DNA of 64,000 bases from Verrucomicrobiota bacterium (GTDB taxonomy: Bacteria; Verrucomicrobiota; Verrucomicrobiia; Opitutales; Cerasicoccaceae): positions 32,001 through 96,000 of the forward strand of contig JBCBUK010000001.1 in assembly GCA_039818205.1 (NCBI GenBank), given 5' to 3'. Position numbers and translations under genes: made by a program. Position 1 is the first letter of the stretch; the number at the start of each line of letters is the position of its first letter. Shown in pieces: positions 29,452-39,816 of the stretch. The notes beneath the pieces were generated by a model, which saw only the letters and a program-made list of their open reading frames with translations, was not told where the DNA came from and searched no databases.

Positions 29452-31503
29452 ATGTCTGATATTCAGCAGCCCTATTGTCATTCCCGGTTCAAAGCAGCAC
29501 GTCGCCAGACGCGCGAGGTCAAGGTCGGCAACGTCGGCGTCGGCGGCGACAACCCGATTCGGGTTCAGTCCATGACCACGAGTTTGACGCCGGATGTCGA
29601 CGCAACCGTCAAACAATGCATTCGCCTGGCGGAAGTGGGCTGCGAGATTGTTCGAATCACGGCTCCCAACAAGGCCGCAGCCGAGGCTCTAGGCCCGATC
29701 AGATCGCAATTTTCTGCCGCGGGTTTCGGCGAGATCCCTCTGGTTGCCGACATCCATTTCCTGCCCAGCGCGGCCATGGTGGCCGTTGAGCACGTCGAAA
29801 AAATTCGCGTGAATCCAGGCAATTATGCGGACAAGAAGAAGTTCGCAGTCAAAGAATATTCGGACGATGACTATGAGCAGGAACTCGAGCGCCTGCACGA
29901 AGCCTTTACACCGCTTGTCCTGCGGTCAAAAGAACTCGGTCGGGCACTGCGCATTGGCACCAACCACGGCAGCCTTTCCGACCGCATCATGAACCGCTAC
30001 GGGGACACCCCGCACGGGATGGTTGAGTCAGCTCTAGAGTTTATCCGCATCGCCGAAAGCCACGGATTTCAGGACATCATTTTATCGATGAAGGCCAGCA
30101 ACCCGAAGGTCATGATTCAAGCCTACCGTCTGGCAGTGGAGAAAATGAATGCTGAAGGCATGGCCTACCCGCTCCACCTCGGAGTGACTGAGGCTGGCGA
30201 GGGTGAAGATGCCCGAATCAAAAGCGCTGTTGGCATCGGCGCCCTCCTCTACGATGGCCTGGGCGATACCGTTCGCGTCTCGCTGACTGAGGACCCATGG
30301 TATGAGATCCCAGTTTGCCAGGAACTGGTCAAACGGGCCCATGCTCACTGGGAGAAATCGGCCGCGCTACCCGAATCTGATCGAACCGAGGCCCACGTCG
30401 ATTTCTACAGCTACCAGCGCCGCGAGATCATCGAGCTTTCCCTCGGTCCCAATACGCCTCTCGGGCCACTTGAGCCACCCCGGGTTATCACGCCCGCAAA
30501 ACGTCCGTTGGCCGAGCACGTGGAGATCGTAAAGGAAGTGCTCGAAGTCAACAAGCAGTTCAAAGACGCCAAAGTCGAGGGCTTGCTGGTGACGGTCGAG
30601 TCAGCCTCGGACCTGGAAAACCTGAGCCAATTGGCCAAAGTGCTGGCCCCCACAATTGAGGCCATGGTCGTCGAGATGGGTGACGGCATCGAGCCAGAAG
30701 CGATCCAAGCATTCGATTGGAGCTCCGAGCTCCGCTGGATGTTGGTTAACCAATTTTCCAACGACTGCCTGCCAACCGCGATCAAATGGGCGCGAGAGCA
30801 AGGCATCCTGTTAGCAATCGACACCTCCGCTCACCAAATCCTGGAGTGCAAGGACCTGCTCCGCGAATTGGGAGACGACAATATCGTATTTACCCGCACC
30901 GGTATTCCGACCGATACGCATCCAACGGGCGCTTACCGCGCACTCGGCGACGCACTCCGAGAAATCGGCAGCAAAGCGCCCCTATGGGTCCGCGTAACGC
31001 CATCTATGCAGGTGCTCGATGAGCCCGGATTCGGGAATGAATTGCTGGAATCTTCCATGGTGGCGGGCAGCTTGTTCGTCGATGGCCTCGGCGACCTAAT
31101 CTCGATCGAAAACGTTGAACGCTTCGATCAGTCGACAGCGCTCGCTTACAATATGCTCCAGGCGGCGCGGATGCGGGCCACCAAGACTGAGTATGTCGCT
31201 TGCCCGAGCTGCGGACGCACCCTCTTCGACCTCCAGGAGGTCACACAGCGCATCAAGGGCCGGACAGGCCACCTCAAAGGCGTAACCATCGCAGTGATGG
31301 GTTGTATCGTCAACGGCCCAGGCGAAATGGCCGACGCCGACTTCGGCTATGTGGGTGGCGCCCCCGGCAAAATCAACCTTTATGTCGGTAAGGAGTGCGT
31401 CAAATACAACATTTCCGAGACCGAAGCCCTGGACCGCCTGGTCGACCTAATTTCCGAGCACGGCAAATGGGTCGAACCCGTGCAAGAGCCGGTTGAGGCC
31501 TAG
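29452..31503 (+). CDS. ispG: HMBPP synthase (three-domain long form)
   Basis: RVQSMT, ADIHF, RVNPGN, GTNHGSLS, HLGVTEAG, CPSCGR, MGCIVNGPGE. Confidence 0.96.
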   Translation: MSDIQQPYCHSRFKAARRQTREVKVGNVGVGGDNPIRVQSMTTSLTPDVDATVKQCIRLAEVGCEIVRITAPNKAAAEALGPIRSQFSAAGFGEIPLVADIHFLPSAAMVAVEHVEKIRVNPGNYADKKKFAVKEYSDDDYEQELERLHEAFTPLVLRSKELGRALRIGTNHGSLSDRIMNRYGDTPHGMVESALEFIRIAESHGFQDIILSMKASNPKVMIQAYRLAVEKMNAEGMAYPLHLGVTEAGEGEDARIKSAVGIGALLYDGLGDTVRVSLTEDPWYEIPVCQELVKRAHAHWEKSAALPESDRTEAHVDFYSYQRREIIELSLGPNTPLGPLEPPRVITPAKRPLAEHVEIVKEVLEVNKQFKDAKVEGLLVTVESASDLENLSQLAKVLAPTIEAMVVEMGDGIEPEAIQAFDWSSELRWMLVNQFSNDCLPTAIKWAREQGILLAIDTSAHQILECKDLLRELGDDNIVFTRTGIPTDTHPTGAYRALGDALREIGSKAPLWVRVTPSMQVLDEPGFGNELLESSMVAGSLFVDGLGDLISIENVERFDQSTALAYNMLQAARMRATKTEYVACPSCGRTLFDLQEVTQRIKGRTGHLKGVTIAVMGCIVNGPGEMADADFGYVGGAPGKINLYVGKECVKYNISETEALDRLVDLISEHGKWVEPVQEPVEA

Positions 31504-31519
31504 TGGGCAATTCAAGAGA

Positions 31520-31546
31520 ACCATAAGATCTTGTATCTTTTGGTCA
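31520..31546. promoter_or_regulatory. Palindromic motif copy 1 (upstream of GH16)
   Basis: ACCATAAGAT-CTTGT-ATCTTTTGGT inverted repeat; 31525-31546 is 21/22 identical to 34618-34639. Confidence 0.65.
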
Positions 31547-31625
31547 GTTGCGCCATTCATTTGGGATGTGTAAAGTAATATTGGAACCCATCCAATAGAC
31601 ACACTCACACCGACCAAACTCCCAA

Positions 31626-32987
31626 ATGCACCGAACGACGCCTTGTATGGCGCTCTTGTTATTGAGCGCCCTGATTTCTGCCTGTAACTCAAAACCGTCC
31701 GTCGCCCCAGAGGATCCAATTTCAAGCCAACCGGAAACACCAGCCCCGGATGCAGTCGAGATCGGATCAGACGAGTCCTCCACTGCGCCTGCCGAAACCG
31801 CCCAAGCATCAGTTATTGAGCCAAAAAAGGCCCCTAGGCCGAATATCGAAGTCGCCGAAACACCCATTGGTCGAGACGAGCTTGTCGACCTAACCAATAG
31901 TGATGGCCGCAGTCTCCAGGCCCGTATTCTGTATGTCGAAAACGGAAAAGCGTTCATCCGGCGAAGCGACCAACAAGTATTCGAACTCCCGCTAGCCAAA
32001 CTCAACGCATCCAGCCGAGAGATCGTCCAAGAATGGGCGGAAAAACACGGGAACACGGTTTCTGATGAGCAAATCCTATACTTGCACAAATTGGGTTTTG
32101 AAACCGACCGATCCAAATCACTAACTGCCCTTGCTATGACGACCCAGTCCGCCAATCCTCAACCACTGTTGCTCGAACCAATTCCAAATGCCCGTTGGCA
32201 ACTCGTCGATGAGTTTTCGGACGAGTTTAACGCTACCGATATCAATACGGGGAAATGGAATAATAAACTGCGACCCTGGGGTGAGCGCGCATGGTCGACC
32301 GACAATCTTTGGCAACAAGACGGCAAGCTCTTCATTCAAGCCCGCTACGAACCGCATGTGGGTCCCGATGGCAACGACTACTTCTACAAAGTAGGCATCC
32401 TGCAAACCCTGAAGAAAACGACGTATGGCTACTTTGAAGCCCGCATCAAGGGCAGCAGCCTATTCCCTGGCATGTGCCCAGCGTTTTGGCTCTACAGCAA
32501 TGGCCGGGAGCGCAATCCAGACTACCCTCACGTCACCTACAGTGAGATCGATATCGTCGAACTGCAGATGGGCGAATATGACATGAAGACCAAGAAGCGA
32601 CACGGCATTAACTACATCGATTTGAATCTGCATTGCCGTATCATCAAAGATGGCAAAGAGATTTGGCAGCGACCAAACAGCCTTCCCGAAGTCTGCAAAC
32701 ATGGCTGGGAAGCACCCTGGGATCCTCGCGACGATTTTCACGTTTATGCGGTAGAGAACACACCAGAGAAAATCACCTGGTACATTGACGGCAAGAAGGT
32801 CGCCGAAGAAGACAATCTCTATTGGCACCTGCCCATGAACCTAACGCTCACCATGGAGCTGCGCCCGCCTTACATCGATTGGGCCGGCGTCGATGGCCGT
32901 GTGCCCGTCCCCGAGGCGTCAAGGCCGGACGGATTCCCGACCCATATGGAGGTCGACTACGTGCGCAGCTGGGTTCGGGAAGACTAG
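31626..32987 (+). CDS. GH16 glycoside hydrolase, kappa-carrageenase-like lipoprotein
   Basis: Lipobox LISAC, SHD1-like module, FSDEFN, YGYFEARIK, PAFWLYS, catalytic YSEIDIVE, DLNLH…WQRP, MEVDYVR. Confidence 0.85.
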   Translation: MHRTTPCMALLLLSALISACNSKPSVAPEDPISSQPETPAPDAVEIGSDESSTAPAETAQASVIEPKKAPRPNIEVAETPIGRDELVDLTNSDGRSLQARILYVENGKAFIRRSDQQVFELPLAKLNASSREIVQEWAEKHGNTVSDEQILYLHKLGFETDRSKSLTALAMTTQSANPQPLLLEPIPNARWQLVDEFSDEFNATDINTGKWNNKLRPWGERAWSTDNLWQQDGKLFIQARYEPHVGPDGNDYFYKVGILQTLKKTTYGYFEARIKGSSLFPGMCPAFWLYSNGRERNPDYPHVTYSEIDIVELQMGEYDMKTKKRHGINYIDLNLHCRIIKDGKEIWQRPNSLPEVCKHGWEAPWDPRDDFHVYAVENTPEKITWYIDGKKVAEEDNLYWHLPMNLTLTMELRPPYIDWAGVDGRVPVPEASRPDGFPTHMEVDYVRSWVRED

Positions 32988-32998
32988 CGAAACTCCAG

Positions 32999-34561
32999 CT
33001 AGATTTTCAGTTTTGCCTGAATTTGTTCGATCGTGAGGTTCTTGGTTTCCGGCAGCAGCGGTACGATAACCACGAAGCCAACCGCAACGAATCCCGCGTA
33101 AGTCAGGAAGATGTCCCCCGCACCCATATTCGAGAGCTGCCACGGGAAGAACATCTGCACGATATAGCTCGTCACACTGGATATCAGCACGAACGCTGGA
33201 ATCGCCGCTCCGCGAATTGAGGTCGGGAATATCTCGGAAAACACCACCCACATAATCGGGCCAATCGAAAACTGAAACGCTGCGATGAAGCTCAATACAC
33301 CAAAGAGAATTAAGTTATTGTTGATGTCGACCGCTTGCTCAATGAGTTCGCTTGATTTAGCACGCGCGACTTCCTCGCCCAAGGTTTCTTCCAGCGCTCG
33401 CTTGAACTCGATATCACTCCCGTAGACGGAGCCAACCATGGGTTCTAGGAGCGAGGGATCCTCCAAGTGCTCCTGCAACTCCACTAGCGAGTCACTGGTC
33501 AGCGTGTATTCCGCACTTTTGAACCCGTAGGTGCATACCAGCAAACTGGTAATGACCCATAGCAGGCCAACAATCACCATCGGGCGCCGCCCTGCGCGGT
33601 CAACAAACGCCAGCGATAGAAAGGTGAAAATGACACTAACTACCCCAACCCACACAGCCTGAACAAACGCGGTATCGGTGCCGCCTCCGAGCTGCTCAAA
33701 TACCGTCGGGGCGTAGAACAATATCGCATTGATGCCGGTCGCCTGCTGAACAACAGCGAAGGTAAACGCCACGATCACCACCATGCGCAGGCGGGGCGAA
33801 AAGAGTTCACCCAGTTGCTTGACCAATGGCTCATCCTCGTGTCCGACCATGCTTGATTTGATACTTTTGATTTCTTGTTCGATCTGGTCGGAATACCCAA
33901 TTCTCTCAAGCGCCTTGCGCGCGTCACCTTCTCGTCCCTTGAAGACGAGCCAGCGGGGGCTTTCGGGCACCAAAAACAACAGGCCCAGCCAGATAATTGC
34001 GGGCACGATCTCCGAGCCCAACATCCAACGCCAGGTGTATTGCTCAATCCCGATTGCCTGGACCCACCCTGCTCCGGAGTCAGAAGCATTCAAGATCAAG
34101 AGGTTCACGAAATATGCTCCCGACAACCCAACCACGATATTTATCTGATTGGTTGCGACCAGCTTGCCCCGCCAATTTGCAGGGGCCACCTCTCCGATAT
34201 ACATCGCAGCGAGGGTCAATGAGCAAAACGCCAAACCTCCGACAAACCGCGCCGCCACAAGGGTCAAAAAACTGGGCGCAATCGCCGAGGTCACGGCAGA
34301 GACCAAATAGAGCGCAGCTACTAGAATCAGCGAAGCTTTTCGACCGTATCGGTTGCAAACGAAACTCGCCAGCGGCAATGCGAAGAGCACACCGAGCCCC
34401 GGCGCACTAACAACGGTTCCGACCTGCAGCTCGTCCAAACCGAACTCTTCGGTAATGAATCGAACCGTTCCTGAGATCACGGCGGCATCAAGACCGAAGA
34501 TAAAGCCACCGAAGGCAACAATGATAGCAAAGAGAAAGGATTTCTTTTCCGGGGTATTCAT
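32999..34561 (-). CDS. Sugar porter family MFS transporter
   Basis: GGFIFGLD, PESPRWL, QQATGINAILFYAP, DRAGRR, SEIFP, PETKN. Confidence 0.93.
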   Translation of the reverse strand: MNTPEKKSFLFAIIVAFGGFIFGLDAAVISGTVRFITEEFGLDELQVGTVVSAPGLGVLFALPLASFVCNRYGRKASLILVAALYLVSAVTSAIAPSFLTLVAARFVGGLAFCSLTLAAMYIGEVAPANWRGKLVATNQINIVVGLSGAYFVNLLILNASDSGAGWVQAIGIEQYTWRWMLGSEIVPAIIWLGLLFLVPESPRWLVFKGREGDARKALERIGYSDQIEQEIKSIKSSMVGHEDEPLVKQLGELFSPRLRMVVIVAFTFAVVQQATGINAILFYAPTVFEQLGGGTDTAFVQAVWVGVVSVIFTFLSLAFVDRAGRRPMVIVGLLWVITSLLVCTYGFKSAEYTLTSDSLVELQEHLEDPSLLEPMVGSVYGSDIEFKRALEETLGEEVARAKSSELIEQAVDINNNLILFGVLSFIAAFQFSIGPIMWVVFSEIFPTSIRGAAIPAFVLISSVTSYIVQMFFPWQLSNMGAGDIFLTYAGFVAVGFVVIVPLLPETKNLTIEQIQAKLKI

Positions 34562-34617
34562 GGAGTTTAGAGAATGACAATCTCCATCAAAGATAGAATA
34601 CGAACCTTCAGCAAGCC

Positions 34618-34639
34618 AAGATCATGTATCTTTTGGTCA
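34618..34639. promoter_or_regulatory. Palindromic motif copy 2 (upstream of sugar porter)
   Basis: AAGATCATGTATCTTTTGGTCA, 57 bp upstream of the transporter ATG. Confidence 0.65.
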
Positions 34640-34697
34640 ATGGCCCTCACCAAACACCAAGCGCGTCGTCCGATCCGCAGACGAGGCCACGATCTCC

Positions 34698-35588
34698 CTA
34701 CTGACCTCGAGGGTCGAAGGCGTCCCGCAGACCGTCACCCACCGCATTGAGGGAGAACAGCGTGGCGGAGAAAAACAGCGCTGGGAAAACCAACTGCCAC
34801 GGATATTCTTCCATATTTTCAGCGCCTACCTTCAGCAGGTCACCCCAACTGGTCATTGGGGCTTGCACGCCCAGGCCAAGGAAGCTGATGAAAGCTTCGA
34901 GCAACATCACACTCGGCACCGTAAGAGTCCCGTAAACAATGATGACACTCGCCAAATTTGGCAACAAATGGCGGGCGGCTATCTGCGACTCGGACTGGCC
35001 CAGGGCCCGCGCCGCCTGAACAAATTCTCGGACTTTCAACTCCAGGGCTTGTCCCCGAACGATCCGCGCCATCGTGAGCCACTCAACCGCCCCAATTGCC
35101 ACAAAGATCAGCCAGAAGTGGCGGCCAAAAAACGTGACTAGCAGGATCACAAAAATGACAAAAGGCAGCGCTTGAATAATTTCGACCCCGCGCATCATTG
35201 CTCGGTCGGTATTTCCTCCCGAAAGACCGGAGCCCAAACCATAGACGACGCCAATGAGCAAAGAGACGATGGTGGCGAGCAGGCCAACCGCGAATGATAT
35301 TCGCCCGCCGTAGAGCACACGTGCGAAAAGATCCCGGCCGAGGGTATCCGTCCCCATCCAGTGAGCCGCTGACGGTGCCTGGGCTCCGAGCTCGAGATTA
35401 GTGTCCTGATAATCAACTGAAAGGAATACGGGTCCAATCAGGCACAGTGCAACGATAGCGGTCAGTACAATTGCCCCAGTAACCGCTAATTTATTATGCA
35501 ACCAACGATTCCAGGCATCCGCCCATGGTGATCGCGATTGGCTCGAGCTTAGCGGGTTGTCAGAAGTCTGTTTCTGGGCATTTGGCAT
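34698..35588 (-). CDS. oppC: Oligopeptide ABC transporter permease (OppC/DppC-like)
   Basis: HWMGTDTLGRD, ARIVRGQ, EFVQAARALG EAA loop, GDGLRDAFDP. Confidence 0.88.
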   Translation of the reverse strand: MPNAQKQTSDNPLSSSQSRSPWADAWNRWLHNKLAVTGAIVLTAIVALCLIGPVFLSVDYQDTNLELGAQAPSAAHWMGTDTLGRDLFARVLYGGRISFAVGLLATIVSLLIGVVYGLGSGLSGGNTDRAMMRGVEIIQALPFVIFVILLVTFFGRHFWLIFVAIGAVEWLTMARIVRGQALELKVREFVQAARALGQSESQIAARHLLPNLASVIIVYGTLTVPSVMLLEAFISFLGLGVQAPMTSWGDLLKVGAENMEEYPWQLVFPALFFSATLFSLNAVGDGLRDAFDPRGQ

Positions 35589-35603
35589 AATGGTTATCGC
35601 ACC

Positions 35604-36467
35604 TTAGCCCGCTTTGTGATCGTAAGCCTCTGATAATCGCTCCCACATCTCGTCACATATCTTTCGCACCGGTGCACTTAGCTCAATATCTTTGCCTTTG
35701 CTCACCGACCCACTGTGAATCTCCTCTCCAGCATTCGCTGGTGGGGAAAATCCTAGCATGCCGTAAATCTTTGACAGGTTTTCAAACGGCGCTTCAGCAA
35801 ACGATTCATACTTCATGAGGTGAACCCGTGGCTCTGATTCCAATTTTTGCTCGAAATAGAAGCGATTACGGACAACCCAAAAAAGCGCTGCCGCATCATA
35901 CGGATTCATATCCTCTGAATAGTGGGAATTGATCAACTCACGAGTTTCCTCCGGGACGCGGTCCGCCCGCCAATTTTGAGAGTCGCCGTTTACGATGGGC
36001 TCTAGATTCTTCTTCCCGTTATCCATTCCAAACTTGCTCAGATTCGAATTTGCAACGTGGAGGTAGTGACGGAAGATCCAAACACCAATGCCATTGGGAA
36101 ATTCATCCAGAAGATCCCTGGCCCGCTGGCTTTCAACCAGGGGCTTCATCAGAATAATCGGGCAGGTGTTCTGGCTGATTTGCCGACGGAGGCGGCTGGT
36201 TTCATGCAGTCGCAGTTGCTCATCCCCATCGAGGGATAGCTCACTGTATTCTCCGTAGCCCTTGATGCGCCCATCCTTTGCCAATGCGCGGTTGAGCGCG
36301 GTGGTACCGGACCGCTGGTCGCCAAAAATGAACAGTAATCGCTTCGAGTAGAGAGGCCCAAAAACCTGCCGATACCAACTCTTGTGCGATACCTTGCGGT
36401 TGAATTGACTGCAGGCCGAATTGATACGTGTTCGCAGCCGGATTTTCTCTCTCAACTCATCAATCAT
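35604..36467 (-). CDS. Sulfotransferase family protein
   Basis: FIFGDQRSGTT PAPS-binding loop, IFRH…S, MKYE. Confidence 0.75.
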   Translation of the reverse strand: MIDELREKIRLRTRINSACSQFNRKVSHKSWYRQVFGPLYSKRLLFIFGDQRSGTTALNRALAKDGRIKGYGEYSELSLDGDEQLRLHETSRLRRQISQNTCPIILMKPLVESQRARDLLDEFPNGIGVWIFRHYLHVANSNLSKFGMDNGKKNLEPIVNGDSQNWRADRVPEETRELINSHYSEDMNPYDAAALFWVVRNRFYFEQKLESEPRVHLMKYESFAEAPFENLSKIYGMLGFSPPANAGEEIHSGSVSKGKDIELSAPVRKICDEMWERLSEAYDHKAG

Positions 36468-36569
36468 TGGCCAGGATTATCGAGCGAGACGCCGGGTTTT
36501 CAATGGCAAAGCAAGGAGCTCCGACAGATCTCGTTTCTCCCGCAAACGACATGCTACAAGAAACCAGCA

Positions 36570-37265
36570 CTAGCGAATAGCCTCGTGAATCGCGACAATG
36601 CCAAAGGTCAACGGACGGGCATTAACCGAGGAGAAGCCTGCCTCACGGATCTGGGCGCTCAGCTCACTGCGGCTCGGGAAGCCTTCAATGGAACACGCTA
36701 AGTAATCGTAGGCATTTTTCTTGCCGGTCGCAATCCCAGCTAAGGGTGGCAGAATGAACTTGAGATAAAGATAATAAAATGGACGAAACCAGCTGTAGGG
36801 CTGGGAAAACTCTAGAATGTATGCCCGGCCACCCGGCCTCAAAGATCGACGCATTTCTCGCAAGCCCTTGATCCGATCTTCGAAATTGCGAACCCCGAAC
36901 GCGATCGTAATCACGTCGGTCGAATCATCATCCAGGGGTAGATCCATACAATCGCCAAAGGCGAAGCCGATGCGATTATCCTTGAATCGCTCCTGCTGTT
37001 TGGACCGCGCCTCATCGAGCATTGGCTCGCAGAAATCCAAGCCAGTCAGCTGGGTAGATTCTGGAAGGCGATCACGCATCGCAAAGGCCACATCGCCACT
37101 GCCGGTCGCCAAATCAACAACGGTCTGGGGCTCTACCCGGGCAACCATCTTGACCAGAACATGGCGCCAATAGAAATCGACGCCACCACTGAGCAAATGA
37201 TTCGCAGCATCGTAGCGATGCGCGATTTCACCAAACATCTGACTGATTGCGGCTCCCTGAGGCAT
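36570..37265 (-). CDS. ubiE: Ubiquinone/menaquinone biosynthesis C-methyltransferase
   Basis: [47 protein letters not shown]. Confidence 0.9.
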   Translation of the reverse strand: MPQGAAISQMFGEIAHRYDAANHLLSGGVDFYWRHVLVKMVARVEPQTVVDLATGSGDVAFAMRDRLPESTQLTGLDFCEPMLDEARSKQQERFKDNRIGFAFGDCMDLPLDDDSTDVITIAFGVRNFEDRIKGLREMRRSLRPGGRAYILEFSQPYSWFRPFYYLYLKFILPPLAGIATGKKNAYDYLACSIEGFPSRSELSAQIREAGFSSVNARPLTFGIVAIHEAIR

Positions 37266-37329
37266 AATCCTTCACTTATGCCCCAAGTTTTGGACCATGA
37301 CAACATTTGCCTGAAGATTCGAAGAAAAA

Positions 37330-38982
37330 CTAGGTCACCCCAGGGCGATCTTCGTCTACGGAATCATTAGAATCCGAGCCCTCATCGCCTCCATTTCCCA
37401 GCTGTTCTGCCTCTTTAAAGCTGGCCACAACCCATTCCGAAATGTCCTTGTCAGGATTTCGAGCAGTCTCGTCGGTTATGGTGAACGCACTTCGCCCCGT
37501 GTTGCGGGCGATGATATTCAGGGCGTGAGGAAAGTCCTTGAACTGATCATCACAGATCGTCCGCAATGTCCGATCCTGCTCTGCGGCAATTTCGATCAAG
37601 ACATCCGCTGCCCCGTCCGTGAACGTTAAACGGAAACCATACTCACTTTCGAACGCATCTGCAAATGCCTCAAGGTCACCCCTCCAAACTTCGGTCATCA
37701 GGTGCTTGTGATCCACAATCAACTTCGTCAGCGCGTCTTCGGGCGCCGCAATCATGTCTGTGGTAACCTCAAAGGATTTGATCGCCGTGGATGGCAGCTC
37801 AAATTTGTAATTTCGGAAAATCCGCTCCAAGACAGTCATGAGGCCGCGGGCTCCCGTTTTCTCTTCGTAAGCCTGCCCCGCAATTTCAGTGATCGCTTCC
37901 GGAGTGATTTCAAAATCAATGCCATAGCCCTTAAAGTCTCGCCGATACTGCTTCAGCAGTGAGCCTTCCGAACTTGTGAGGATCGCGGCTAAATCGTCGG
38001 GTTTGAGGCTTTCGCATCCCACTCGAACCGGGATACGTCCGATGAACTCAGGCTCAAAGCCGTAGTCGATAAAGTCCCGCGTTGCGGCCTGCTGAAGGTA
38101 GCTGAAAAGATCTTCCTCACTCGAAACCGAAGCGGCAAAACCGATCGAGGCCTGATCGACCCGTTTTTTGATCTTCTCCGCTAGTTGGTCAAAGGCACCG
38201 CTTACGATGAAGAGGATGTGCCGCGTATTGATCGAGCGGCGGTTGGGCTTCTTGCCGCGGCCGCCCCCCATCATCGCCTGCATTTGCCCCATGATGTCGT
38301 TCGGAGAGAATAAATTAACCTCCGTATCCTCCATGAGTTTGAGCAGGTTGATTTGAACCCCGCGGCCCGAGACATCCTTGCCGCCCGACATGCTTCCGGA
38401 AGAGGCGATTTTATCGATCTCGTCGATATACACGATGCCGTACTGAGCAAGCTCGACATTGCCGTTGGCGGCCTTAACCAAGTCCCGAACTAAATCCTCA
38501 ACGTCGGAGCCGACATAACCGGTCTCAGAAAACTTCGTCGCATCGGCTTTCACAAACGGCACCCCGATGTAACGTGCGATATTACGCATTAAATACGTTT
38601 TGCCGACGCCAGTTGGCCCCAGTAGCAAAATATTCTGTTTCGCGTAATCCTGTTCCGTCAGGCGGGGATTCTCCAAACATTGGCGAATGTGGTTGTAGTG
38701 ATCGCAGATCGCGACCGAAAGCACCTTCTTCGCATCGTATTGTTTGATTACGAATCGATTCAAATGGTCACGGATATCTTTGGGCTTGAGGTTAAAATCC
38801 CGTATCCGACGCAGCGTTTCCTCATCCTCGGGACGCTCTTCTACGACATCTTCCTCTGATTCGTCAGATTCTCCGGTTGGAAAGCTGGGGTGAACTCCCA
38901 TTACTTTTGCGCCAGGTGGCAGAACTCCCTGTAATTTTTTTTGTAATTCTTCGAATAAATTTCCGTCATCTTTATCACTCAT
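37330..38982 (-). CDS. ClpX-like AAA+ unfoldase (no N-terminal Zn finger, C-terminal extension)
   Basis: [12 protein letters not shown] pore loop, [18 protein letters not shown] loop, PEFIGR, TGARGL. Confidence 0.88.
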   Translation of the reverse strand: MSDKDDGNLFEELQKKLQGVLPPGAKVMGVHPSFPTGESDESEEDVVEERPEDEETLRRIRDFNLKPKDIRDHLNRFVIKQYDAKKVLSVAICDHYNHIRQCLENPRLTEQDYAKQNILLLGPTGVGKTYLMRNIARYIGVPFVKADATKFSETGYVGSDVEDLVRDLVKAANGNVELAQYGIVYIDEIDKIASSGSMSGGKDVSGRGVQINLLKLMEDTEVNLFSPNDIMGQMQAMMGGGRGKKPNRRSINTRHILFIVSGAFDQLAEKIKKRVDQASIGFAASVSSEEDLFSYLQQAATRDFIDYGFEPEFIGRIPVRVGCESLKPDDLAAILTSSEGSLLKQYRRDFKGYGIDFEITPEAITEIAGQAYEEKTGARGLMTVLERIFRNYKFELPSTAIKSFEVTTDMIAAPEDALTKLIVDHKHLMTEVWRGDLEAFADAFESEYGFRLTFTDGAADVLIEIAAEQDRTLRTICDDQFKDFPHALNIIARNTGRSAFTITDETARNPDKDISEWVVASFKEAEQLGNGGDEGSDSNDSVDEDRPGVT

Positions 38983-39166
38983 GATTGCCTTAAATTGCGT
39001 TGGTTTGATCGATTTTGGCTAAATTAGAGGGTTTCAGCCAATGGTAAAAAATTTCCTAACTAATAGATGATGAATGACTAAATAATGTTTGACACTTGTC
39101 TCGGGATCAATGACGATCTCAACTCCCTTCGGAAACGTTGTCCTCTACGAATCCAACACAACTGCC

Positions 39167-39523
39167 ATGTCCGGGAATCTCACCAAACGCGATATCGTTC
39201 TTAAAATCTACGATAAAACTAACTTTCCACAAAAGGAAGTTCGCGAGACGGTGCAATTGACTCTGGACGCGATTGCCGAAGCACTTGCAGAGGGGCGCAA
39301 TGTTGAATTGCGCAATTTTGGTGTTTTCGAAGTGCAATTGCGCAAGAGCCGCATTGGTCGCAACCCCAACCGCCCGGAGAAGGATGTCGTCATCCCGAAA
39401 CGCGCGGTTATTAAATTCAAGGCCGGCAAAGAGCTCAAGGCCCACCTCAAAGACTTGAATCTCGACGATCTCGAGCATCACGTTGCCAACGGCACGGGTG
39501 CGACCGATCCCGACGATGATTAG
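39167..39523 (+). CDS. HU/IHF family DNA-binding protein
   Basis: LTKRDI, ELRNFGVFEV, RIGRNPN, KFKAGKELK; ATG 39167. Confidence 0.93.
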   Translation: MSGNLTKRDIVLKIYDKTNFPQKEVRETVQLTLDAIAEALAEGRNVELRNFGVFEVQLRKSRIGRNPNRPEKDVVIPKRAVIKFKAGKELKAHLKDLNLDDLEHHVANGTGATDPDDD

Positions 39524-39548
39524 GCAGATCTCCTGCCTTTCATGACTG

Positions 39549-39577
39549 GCCCGAACTGCCTGAGTTTGGGTGGTTTT
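39549..39577 (+). terminator. Possible intrinsic terminator
   Basis: GCCCGAACU/AGUUUGGGU stem followed by GGUUUU. Confidence 0.45.
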
Positions 39578-39816
39578 CGTGTGGTTCATTGGTCAATAGC
39601 TGAAACAGGCTCGTGACGGAATTGTTCCTTGTCGCCGGCCGCGAAACGCGTCAGCTGGTATCCATTTGCCGATGCCCCACCGAAATATTTGGGCCCTCAT
39701 CGCGACATTTCGAGCCCGATTGCTCCGAAAAGGAATCACACTTCAGCATTGCGCTAGGCTCTATTGGGCATAGCGTTCTCCGCTTTTCTGAAAACAAACC
39801 ATAACCGACCAACGAT

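Noticed and set aside
39578..39816. ncRNA or T-box leader before hisS
   Set aside because: No T-box motif or convincing conserved structure seen by eye
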